Below, one piece after another: positions 1 to 7,291 of a stretch of 36,323 nucleotides of DNA. The number at the start of each line of letters is the position of its first letter. The first letter of the stretch is position 1. The position numbers and the translations under genes are program-made. The notes below the pieces were generated by a model. It was not told the DNA's origin and searched no databases. It saw nothing but the letters and a program-made list of their open reading frames with translations. This DNA comes from a virus (taxonomy: Duplodnaviria > Caudoviricetes), in the IMG/VR virus record IMGVR_UViG_3300020042_009114, positions 1 through 36,323 of that record. One strand, given 5' to 3'.

Positions 1-227
1 GAAGACGATACCCCCGGCCGGGTAGTACCCGGGGGGTCAGGCGAGTATGGGATAATGGGAAAATGGGAATATCTCGGCAGGGCTGGGAAATATCTCGGCA
101 GAGGGCGGGGGATAATAGGCAAGGCCCGGGGGATAATAACTAGGGATAGGGGCTCGGGCCTGCCCGAGGGTATTACCCCCGAAGCCGGGGGATTGACAGA
201 GGGCGGGGATAGGTATAGGGAAAATGG

Positions 228-348
228 GGGCTTGGATAAGGGGATAATCGGCAGGGGTAGTGATTCCCGGTATGGTCCCGTTGGGTTCCCGTTGGGTTCC
301 CTGAGTTACCTAATAATGCGTTTCATATATTGCCCCGAGCTTATTCGG
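228..348 (+). repeat. 121-bp sequence present as an exact inverted copy at the right end of the window (36203-36323)
   Basis: GGGCTTGGATAAGGGG...GAGCTTATTCGG at 228-348 is the reverse complement of 36203-36323. The ORF track shows the same peptide (DKGIIGRGSDSRYG...CPELIR) in 55..396(+) and 36119..36319(-). Confidence 0.97.
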
Positions 349-394
349 AAAATGGGGGATAGGGTAGCTTTGGGCAGCTTGAGAGGGTATATAT

Positions 395-472
395 AGGGGG
401 GTAGTTACATCTGTTACATATTTTTTTTTTAATATACACACTACCCCCTTATGACCTATCGACTACCCCCCT
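395..472. repeat. Inverted repeat flanking an AT-rich/T10 core (origin- or packaging-site-like)
   Basis: AGGGGGGTAGT (395-405) and ACTACCCCCCT (462-472) form a perfect 11-bp inverted repeat. A near-identical ACTACCCCCT lies at 440-449. The core contains GTTACAT twice and T10 at 421-430. Confidence 0.7.
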
Positions 473-819
473 TTGGCTGTTAATAGGTAACTCTGAAACC
501 TAACGGGTATGCTAGGGGGAAATGAGGGAAATTGACCCGTGTTGGGGCTTGCCCCGAAAGGGTATAGCCCGGGATAGGGAAACCCGAAACCCAACGGGTC
601 ATAAGGGGGAAACAGCCCCTAACCCTAGGCCCGGGGGCAGGGTATCGGCCGGGCCCGAGAAGCTCACCTAGGCCCTACCAGCCGGGGCAATGGGCCCCCT
701 AGCGGGGCCTGCCCGGTAAGCTGGCCGGACCACACAAAGCCCGAAGCTGTTCCCCGTAGAAACCCTACAATCCCCCAAAATTCCTATACAGAAAAGCTAT
801 AAAACCCGTCGCCGTTATC

Positions 820-873
820 TGTGGATAACTTGTTTTCTGGTGTTGATAACTTTTGTGGATAACCTGTGCAAAT
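820..873 (-). promoter_or_regulatory. Cluster of DnaA boxes
   Basis: TGTGGATAA (reverse complement of the consensus TTATCCACA) is perfect at 820-828 and 854-862. TGTTGATAA at 841-849 is a near match, and TGTGCAAAT at 865-873 is degenerate. All are co-oriented in non-coding DNA. Confidence 0.75.
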
Positions 874-1006
874 CTACCGACTGAGGGTAGGGTAGCCAGA
901 AAAGCTTTCGCGCGCTCCTAGGGGCTTCTAGGCCCCTTTTCGGGGCATGAGGTTTTATACAGTCTTTTAGCCAAAGCCTAGGGGTTATTACCTAAAACCC
1001 AAAATC

Positions 1007-1022
1007 TGGCACGGGGCTTGCT
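1007..1022 (+). promoter_or_regulatory. sigma54 (RpoN) -24/-12 promoter element
   Basis: TGGCACG-GGGC-TTGCT matches the consensus TGGCACG-N4-TTGCW exactly, is intergenic, and points toward the first early gene. Confidence 0.65.
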
Positions 1023-1166
1023 ACGCGTGGGCGCACATTCCTAGCTAGCGGGCCCGGCCCGGGTTTGAGGGGGATAGGGTTATTACCTAGCCCCGCCCGG
1101 GCCGGGAAAACCGATAATTGACCCGTGCCAATTGGGCACGACACGGGGCCAGACTGGCCAGACAAC

Positions 1167-2351
1167 ATGACGCTAGATCAAATCAGGGCAGTATTATCTG
1201 CCACGCACATAATAACCCTGCAAACGGCCGCCCGGGCTTGTGGGTTATCTTTTCGGAATGGGCCCGAAGCTGGAAAAGCTGTTTTGATTGATAAAATTCT
1301 GGCCGACGAGACTTTGTCTGCTAATGTAATTTCATGGCTACAGAATAACCCTAGCGGGTTAAAATCTAAAACCGAAGAATCTACCCTTTTCCCAACTATT
1401 CAAAACCCTATTATCACGGAGAAACAAGAAATGCAAAATAACCCGGGCTCTGAAGCCACACAGCTTGCTGCAGTATTGCAGTCAATTATGACCCGCCCTG
1501 TCGGTATTGATGCCGAAGCTGTTAGGGCTATTGTGGCCGAAGCTCTGAAGGGAATAGACCTAACCCCTAGCGTCACAATCAATTTTCCAGATAAGCCAAC
1601 AATTGTGCTTGAAGAGATTACCCATAAGCTTTTCCCGAAGCTTTTGCGGAAGCTGCAAATTCGGAAGCACACGATTATCGTGGGCGGAGCCGGAGCCGGG
1701 AAGACCCACGCTACAGAGCAAGCTGCCCGGGCTCTGGGGCTTTCGTTTTATCCCATGACGGCAGCTACCTTTGCCCATGAGTTGGTAGGCTACCGGGACG
1801 CTACCCGGGAATATGCCCGGACACCATTCCGCGAGGGTTTCGAGCATGGGGGCATTGTCTTGATTGATGAGGCTGATGCTAGTTCTGCGGATTGTCTTTT
1901 GGTTCTCAATGCCATGCTGGCTAATGGCTTCGGGGCTTTCCCCGACGGCCGGGTTAAAGCTCACTCTGACTTCATTTGCGTGCTTTGCACCAATACCGAC
2001 GGCAGCGGGGCCACGATGCAATATAGCGGCCGGGCCCGGCTCGATGGGGCTTTTCTAGATCGATTCATGGTCCAAAAATGGGAAGTAGACCCAGCCATTG
2101 AGAAAGCTTCAGCCGGGGGCAATACTGAATGGTTAGCAGCCGTTCGGGCTGTTCGGGCCTATGCCGAGCAGCATCAGATTCTGGACGTAGTAGCTACCCC
2201 TCGGGCCGTGGCTAACGGGGCCGCCTTGCTGGCGGCCGGGGAAGATCGGGAAGAGGTATTACTCGCCACGCTGTATCGTGGGGCTCTGACCCAGCAATGG
2301 GCTAGCGTGCTGGCCCTTGGCCCTGTGGCTGACTTTTTGGCAGGGTTCTGA
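1167..2351 (+). CDS. MoxR/CobS/CbbQ-like AAA+ ATPase, with a possible N-terminal helix-extension-helix domain
   Basis: Walker A GGAGAGKT, Walker B IVLIDEAD, sensor-1 region CTNT, arginine-finger region LDGAFLDRF, sensor-2-like ATPRA. The start is uncertain: GTG 1125, ATG 1167, or ATG 1431 (which has a GGAG RBS). Confidence 0.85.
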   Translation: MTLDQIRAVLSATHIITLQTAARACGLSFRNGPEAGKAVLIDKILADETLSANVISWLQNNPSGLKSKTEESTLFPTIQNPIITEKQEMQNNPGSEATQLAAVLQSIMTRPVGIDAEAVRAIVAEALKGIDLTPSVTINFPDKPTIVLEEITHKLFPKLLRKLQIRKHTIIVGGAGAGKTHATEQAARALGLSFYPMTAATFAHELVGYRDATREYARTPFREGFEHGGIVLIDEADASSADCLLVLNAMLANGFGAFPDGRVKAHSDFICVLCTNTDGSGATMQYSGRARLDGAFLDRFMVQKWEVDPAIEKASAGGNTEWLAAVRAVRAYAEQHQILDVVATPRAVANGAALLAAGEDREEVLLATLYRGALTQQWASVLALGPVADFLAGF

Positions 2352-2354
2352 ACC

Positions 2355-3170
2355 ATGACCACACTCGACGCTAGGCAAGCTGTTAGGGCCCTTTTTACCC
2401 TTACCGATTCTTTCGGGGGCCCGGTCATTCATAAACGATTCACCAGCCCGGAACAATGCATAAGCTGGTGCAATGCTCAGCCCCTTATTAACGCAGCATG
2501 GGCAGCTAATAAAACCCGTCACCAAGACCCAGCATGGGAAGGACTTGACGGGCAGGACTTTCTTGACCTAATCAAAACGGGCCGGGGCAGTAATGCGACA
2601 GCTAGTTTCAACAAAGCCCAAGCCAAGCTCAAAACCGACAAGCTAGCTATTGGCGGGGCCCCGGTCCCGGCTCTTACTGGCGGGGCATGGGTAATCCCGG
2701 CTTATCTGTCTGGCAACCCCCTCTGTGCCCGTACCCGGCCCCGGGCTAAGCTGCCCCACCGAGACTTTAGGTTTTCCCTGCAATGCTCCGCCTATGTCGA
2801 TCAAGCCGAGCTAGGTTCGATCGGCGCGACGATAGCCCGGGCAATCTGGGATTACACACTAGCCGGTGGGACCTGTTCCCTCACGATGTTTTATACCTAC
2901 GGCTTCGGCCGGGCAGCCCCGGAAAACAAAGCTGAAGCTATATGTTTCGAAGTCAATATCCCCATTTCGGGGGTTACGTCCATTGCCCTAGCCCTCTCTA
3001 CGGCTTTCTATCGGCCCGTTCTCATGAACGCTGTTTCGCACGCTGTTAGCCCGAAAGAATCTGATTCCATCCCCATGAAACGCCACCTACAGCCAACTAA
3101 CGTCATAGCCCTTCAAGGGACATGGTCCACGGACCGGGCCCCCCTAGCGGCCGTGGGAATCGAAGCTTAA
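2355..3170 (+). CDS. Putative vWA/CobT-like partner of the AAA+ ATPase (degenerate MIDAS motif)
   Basis: Starts 3 nt after the ATPase stop. It has a 'G..W.IPAYLSG.P.C' linker followed by a strand-loop-helix (DFRFSLQCSAYVDQAEL...GATIARAI), as in MoxR-associated vWA proteins. The canonical DxSxS is absent. Confidence 0.55.
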   Translation: MTTLDARQAVRALFTLTDSFGGPVIHKRFTSPEQCISWCNAQPLINAAWAANKTRHQDPAWEGLDGQDFLDLIKTGRGSNATASFNKAQAKLKTDKLAIGGAPVPALTGGAWVIPAYLSGNPLCARTRPRAKLPHRDFRFSLQCSAYVDQAELGSIGATIARAIWDYTLAGGTCSLTMFYTYGFGRAAPENKAEAICFEVNIPISGVTSIALALSTAFYRPVLMNAVSHAVSPKESDSIPMKRHLQPTNVIALQGTWSTDRAPLAAVGIEA

Positions 3171-3225
3171 ACCCTGCCCCCTGCCCGGGGGAATATCCCC
3201 CCGTGGCTAACCTATTGGAGCCCCC

Positions 3226-3567
3226 ATGTTCACACTCAAGCCCCGCCACACTCTGCCCCCGTACACTCTCCGGGGATGGTCCATTCTAGCCCCGGCTCTG
3301 TTCGACCCTGCCCATTCAATCCCGGCCCGGGTCGCCAGAATCGAAAAGGGGCAGGAGCCCCGGGCAGCTCTTCTAGCGGCCGCCCCGGCCCTAGCTAACA
3401 GTCTGGCGACCCTCTGCGCGACCTACACCTATGGAACCCCCTCTGAGCTTGCTCAAGCTATCCACGCTGCCGAAACCCTCTTATCCGGGCTCGATCATCC
3501 CTCCACCATCCCCGGGGGGCCTATCAACCCGGCCGCTATCCTCGAAAAAAGACCCCCAGGCTATTGA
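3226..3567 (+). CDS. Hypothetical early protein
   Basis: GGAG RBS 5 nt upstream of the ATG; co-directional with the early cluster. Confidence 0.65.
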   Translation: MFTLKPRHTLPPYTLRGWSILAPALFDPAHSIPARVARIEKGQEPRAALLAAAPALANSLATLCATYTYGTPSELAQAIHAAETLLSGLDHPSTIPGGPINPAAILEKRPPGY

Positions 3568-3591
3568 CAAGGGCATCGAAGCCCCTAAAAT
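3564..3591 (+). promoter_or_regulatory. sigma70-type promoter
   Basis: TTGACA (3564-3569), N16, TAAAAT (3586-3591), upstream of ORFs 3626 and 3885. Confidence 0.7.
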
Positions 3592-3625
3592 AGCCAGATC
3601 GCAACGCAACCCCCCGGAAGCTACC

Positions 3626-3820
3626 ATGCAAAATCGAACCCTCGAAACCATCCATCGAAACGGCGTCGCCGTCCAGATCGACGCCTTTACAGGCGACATC
3701 ATCGCAACCCTCGATGCCGTGACCGGGCTCCCTGCCCGTATCATCCACAAGGCATCGACCATCGCCGAAGCAACCCGCTTCGCTCAAGAATCCATTTTTT
3801 TCCTCGCTGAGCTGGGCTAA
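3626..3820 (+). CDS. Hypothetical small protein (64 aa, MQNRTLETIHR...)
   Basis: ATG just downstream of the sigma70 promoter. The longer 3431 start in the track overlaps the upstream gene. Confidence 0.6.
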   Translation: MQNRTLETIHRNGVAVQIDAFTGDIIATLDAVTGLPARIIHKASTIAEATRFAQESIFFLAELG

Positions 3821-3884
3821 TCCCAGCGGGGCTAATCCTGAGAGTCAAGCCCCCTCTCATTTTCCCCCCTCGAAAGTAAAAACC

Positions 3885-4454
3885 ATGTCAAACGAAAACA
3901 CCCCCGAAAAAACCCGCCAAATGTCCATGACTGTCCTCGATGACGGCGTTATCCGCGCCGAATTCGGCCCCGGGCTTGATCCGCTGAGCATCGACCCTTC
4001 GAAGCTGCCAGAGGACATCCTCCCCCAAGCCGTCGCTGAGGGCATCCGTTCGTTTCTCCGGGCCCGGGGCTCTAAGCTCTCCGGCGATACCCGCACCCCC
4101 GGGGCTCTCCGGGCTGTAGTATCCGAAGGCATCGACGACCTTCTCGCTGGCAAGTGGTTCACCCCACGCGCTGCCTCGACCTCGACGGCCGACATCACCG
4201 CCGACAGCGAAGCGGCTCACGTCTACCGCAAAACCCGCTTTGCCGAGACGAACCCGGGCGAAGAATACACCGGGACCCTCGCGGCCGATGCTGCGGCTTA
4301 TAAAGCCCTCGACGAAGACAAGCAGAAAAAGCTCAAAGCCGTTCCGCGCTTTCAAGTGGCCCTCGCCACGGTCAAAGCCGCACGCATGGCTGCCAAGGCC
4401 GCCAAGCTGGAAAAGAAGGTCGCCGCTACCGAGACGGAAGACAGCGATTTCTAA
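3885..4454 (+). CDS. Hypothetical protein, Lys/Ala-rich C-terminus ending in acidic EDSDF (possibly an abundant DNA-binding protein)
   Basis: Long ORF with strongly biased codons (GCC/AAG/GAC), lying between a promoter and a terminator. Confidence 0.8.
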   Translation: MSNENTPEKTRQMSMTVLDDGVIRAEFGPGLDPLSIDPSKLPEDILPQAVAEGIRSFLRARGSKLSGDTRTPGALRAVVSEGIDDLLAGKWFTPRAASTSTADITADSEAAHVYRKTRFAETNPGEEYTGTLAADAAAYKALDEDKQKKLKAVPRFQVALATVKAARMAAKAAKLEKKVAATETEDSDF

Positions 4455-4484
4455 TTTTCCCCGCCGGGATATTCCCGGTTTCGC

Positions 4485-4517
4485 AAGCCCCCTCGGTGCA
4501 AGCCTTGGGGGCTTTTT
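4485..4517 (+). terminator. Rho-independent terminator
   Basis: AAGCCCCC...GGGGGCTT stem followed by a T run, after the 3885..4454 stop. Confidence 0.8.
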
Positions 4518-4653
4518 CATTGGGGGTAGCGTTTCCCCGGGGGGCAGGGATAATCCCCAACAGCACTAGGGTTTCCCCTACTACCAAACGCCCGGGCCTA
4601 GCCTACCATCGAACCTCGCCCTCTCCGTCCCTCAACCATCGAAAGCCGCCCCT

Positions 4654-5019
4654 ATGCCGCGCCCTACCGATCCCGAACGCTACCCCCTGTCCTTCGGCGA
4701 CGCCGTCGCCTATACAGTCGCCACGGCCCCCAAGCCGCTATTCATTCCCACGCCAGACCCCGCAGCCCTCCGCAGCCAGTTCTACGGCTACTTCCGGGCC
4801 CTGCGCTCGACGGGTGACACGGCCGTGGCCGATGCCATCGCCATCTATATCAAGTCCAACCCCCCGGGCATCGAACTCACCACCCGGGACGCCACGGCAC
4901 AAGCCCTGACAGTCTCCGCTGCCCTCGCCGCCGCCCGGGGCTCGACCCCCCAGCATCCCCGAGACCCTCAACCCTTCGAACACGAAGCCCCCGAGCAACC
5001 GAACTTGCCGAGCGCATAA
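4654..5019 (+). CDS. Hypothetical protein
   Basis: Protein-like composition (LRSQFYGYFRALR helix); abuts the next ORF. Confidence 0.7.
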   Translation: MPRPTDPERYPLSFGDAVAYTVATAPKPLFIPTPDPAALRSQFYGYFRALRSTGDTAVADAIAIYIKSNPPGIELTTRDATAQALTVSAALAAARGSTPQHPRDPQPFEHEAPEQPNLPSA

Positions 5020-5023
5020 TCCC

Positions 5024-5263
5024 ATGACCGACGAAACCAAAACCCGAACTTTTACCTACACCCTGTCCTTCGAAGAGACAGTCCTAATAACCGCCGCCCT
5101 CAAACAAACCGCGGATTATCTCCTCGACGGCATCAAGCAATATCAAGCCCTTGCCCTCGACGAAGATAAAACCCTCGCGCCCATGCTCGACGGGATAAGC
5201 GAAGACATCAAAACCCTTCAAGCCCTTCGAAAGAGGTTTCTCGCAAGAGGTAACATTACATGA
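5024..5263 (+). CDS. Hypothetical helical protein
   Basis: Tight packing, with an ATGA overlap into the next gene. Confidence 0.7.
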   Translation: MTDETKTRTFTYTLSFEETVLITAALKQTADYLLDGIKQYQALALDEDKTLAPMLDGISEDIKTLQALRKRFLARGNIT

Positions 5264-5667
5264 CCGCCCCCGAGCATAATCCCTTCGAAGAAATCCTAGA
5301 AGAAGACTATCACAAAGCCCTTCTCGAAACGGGTAATCTCCCTTGTTTCAAATCCGGGTCCCATAAGTGGACCGGGCGTGACTGCTGGCTGTCCGAGGGC
5401 TTTGTCGTTAAAATCCACGCCCAATGCTGCACGGGCTGTGGGAAAAACCACTTCCAAGTTATCGGCTTTTTCCGCATCGAGTCCAACGCCGCGAGGAAGG
5501 CCTCCCGCTTTGTAGCCCTGAGAGAAGGCGAAGCCCTCCCTTCTCCGGGGGACGCCCCCCACCCGATTGAAATATCCACCGAAACCCTCACCACCTGCTG
5601 TAGTTGTATGAGCAAGCTCGGTTTTCCCGATGTCCAGCTCGTCTTCGATAATCTCCCAAAAAGGTAA
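5260..5667 (+). CDS. Hypothetical protein with a putative Zn site
   Basis: CCTGC and CCSC cysteine pairs; GAGG RBS; ATGA overlap with the upstream gene. Confidence 0.7.
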   Translation: MTAPEHNPFEEILEEDYHKALLETGNLPCFKSGSHKWTGRDCWLSEGFVVKIHAQCCTGCGKNHFQVIGFFRIESNAARKASRFVALREGEALPSPGDAPHPIEISTETLTTCCSCMSKLGFPDVQLVFDNLPKR

Positions 5668-5674
5668 AACCACC

Positions 5675-5950
5675 ATGAACCCAAAACTCGAACCCCAACG
5701 ATTCAATGAAATCTACGAAGCCGAAGTCGCCCGGTCTGGGAAAACCAAGGCCAAGGCCATCGCCGGGACAGCGGTATTCATCGCCCTGCTCAACATGGGG
5801 GCCCGGGATGAGCCAACCCGAGACGCTCTTTCCTTGTCTTTCTTCCGAACCCTGACCACCCTGCGCCCGGACTGGACCGAAGCCGATTTTAATAATATCG
5901 CAGTTTACATAAAAGCCATCCTCGCCGATTATAGGGACTTCACCGAATGA
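5675..5950 (+). CDS. Hypothetical protein
   Basis: ATG 5675 follows AAGGT; ATGA overlap with the next gene. Confidence 0.65.
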   Translation: MNPKLEPQRFNEIYEAEVARSGKTKAKAIAGTAVFIALLNMGARDEPTRDALSLSFFRTLTTLRPDWTEADFNNIAVYIKAILADYRDFTE

Positions 5951-6138
5951 ACCCCCTGACCACGCCCGAGATAAAATCCCTACGGGAAAAAGCCCAGAGA
6001 ATAACCCTCACCTTCGAAGAGGTCAGGCTCTTCATCGCCGCGACGAGGAAAAGCTTCCTAGCTCTTCCCGCCAAGGCCCCCAAGGCCCTGACTTCGAAGC
6101 AAACCCCCATCACGGAGAAAGAAATTGACTTCTTCTGA
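5947..6138 (+). CDS. Small protein ending in EKEIDFF
   Basis: ATGA translational coupling; the C-terminal motif is shared with the next ORF. Confidence 0.7.
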   Translation: MNPLTTPEIKSLREKAQRITLTFEEVRLFIAATRKSFLALPAKAPKALTSKQTPITEKEIDFF

Positions 6139-6307
6139 TAATCTCCAAACCTCCCAGACCGCTTACGAAGCCCTCGCCGAAAGAATCCGTAACGGGGAAA
6201 ACATCCCCCTAGCCGAACTCATCGAGTTTATAAAACACTCAGACGGCGTCCTGCGCCGGGAGAAAAAAGCTAAAACCACCCCAGATAAAGACGTTGACTT
6301 CTTTTAA
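6125..6307 (+). CDS. Small protein ending in DKDVDFF
   Basis: TTG start with GGAG 7 nt upstream; same architecture as the preceding ORF. Confidence 0.65.
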   Translation: MTSSDNLQTSQTAYEALAERIRNGENIPLAELIEFIKHSDGVLRREKKAKTTPDKDVDFF

Positions 6308-6325
6308 CCCCAACTCCTCCCCCCC

Positions 6326-7291
6326 ATGAGCATCATAATCCACACCCCCAAAAAGCGAGCCCCTTTTCCCTTGTGCTGGGATAATACCATGCGCTCGGCC
6401 TTCGTAGAGTGCCCTCAGAAAGCCTACTGGCAATACTTCCAGCACTACAAGGGCGGCGGCGAAATCTCTACCGACCTCCACGCCGGGAAAGCTTTCGCCT
6501 CCGGCCTCGAAACCGCCCGCCGCGCGTATTATGACGACAACAAGCCCGAAGACGAGTCCTTCGCTATCGGCCTCGATGTGCTTTATAAAGAATACGGCGA
6601 CTTCGTCCCCCCTCCGCATAAAGCAAACAAAAGCCTCGACCGACTTCTTCAGGCTTTTATCTATTACCGAAAGGCCTTCCCCTTCGCGGAGGACGCTGTG
6701 CAGCCCTACCGCAAGAAAGATGGGAGCAGCATGGTTGAATTTTCCTTCGCCTTGCCTATCGAGCCCGAGCTACTCCTCCACCCCGAGACGGGCGAGCCCC
6801 TGATCTACACGGGCCGCGCGGATATGATCGCCACCTATGCCGGGGCCCTGTCCGTCTACGACGACAAGACCACCTCCCAACTGGGCCCGAAGTGGGGCAA
6901 CCAATGGAATCGCCGGGCCCAGTTCACCGGCTACACATGGGCCGCACGGGCCTATAATATCCCCGTAACCCAAGTAATAGTCCGAGGCATCGCCATCCTA
7001 AAAACCGAGATTAACCACGCTCAGGCCATAACATCCCGCCTCCCCCATCACGTCGATGAGTGGCATTATCAACTCATCCGCGACCTAACCCGGGCGATAG
7101 ACTGCTGGAAGAATAACTACTTCGACGTAAACCTCGCCGACGCTTGCGGGGCCTATGGCGGCTGTATGTTCCAACAGCCCTGCATGGCCGTCGAGCCCGA
7201 TCCTTGGCTAGAAACCAACTTTATCCGCAAAGTCTGGAACCCCCTCGCCCGAACCGAAGAAACCATCCTCCCGGAGCCTAAAAATGATTGA
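6326..7291 (+). CDS. PD-(D/E)XK exonuclease, Cas4/AddB-like with putative [4Fe-4S] cluster
   Basis: N-terminal ECP, G-x-x-H (LHAGKAF), GRAD...YDDKT nuclease core, QFTGY (QxxxY), and C-terminal C-x5-C-x5-C (CGAYGGCMFQQPC). Confidence 0.85.
   Translation: MSIIIHTPKKRAPFPLCWDNTMRSAFVECPQKAYWQYFQHYKGGGEISTDLHAGKAFASGLETARRAYYDDNKPEDESFAIGLDVLYKEYGDFVPPPHKANKSLDRLLQAFIYYRKAFPFAEDAVQPYRKKDGSSMVEFSFALPIEPELLLHPETGEPLIYTGRADMIATYAGALSVYDDKTTSQLGPKWGNQWNRRAQFTGYTWAARAYNIPVTQVIVRGIAILKTEINHAQAITSRLPHHVDEWHYQLIRDLTRAIDCWKNNYFDVNLADACGAYGGCMFQQPCMAVEPDPWLETNFIRKVWNPLARTEETILPEPKND

Noticed and set aside
193-219. TTGACA...TATAGG as a sigma70 promoter
   Set aside because: Spacer is only 15 bp, the -10 is weak, and no credible gene follows.
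55-396. 113-aa ORF (and its mirror 36119..36319)
   Set aside because: Gly/Arg-rich translation of the G-rich repeats, with no RBS. The shared peptide only reflects the inverted repeat.
49-609. CRISPR array or tRNA in the repeat-rich leader
   Set aside because: Repeats are short, degenerate and irregularly spaced, with no constant spacer length and no cloverleaf.
1167-2351. Idea that the AAA+ ATPase is a sigma54 enhancer-binding activator for the upstream promoter
   Set aside because: The loop after ELVG reads YRDATREY, not GAFTGA, and the vWA-like neighbour points to the MoxR/CobS type.
3857-4569. Overlapping and antisense ORFs over 3885..4454
   Set aside because: Explained by the strong GC3 codon bias of the real gene.
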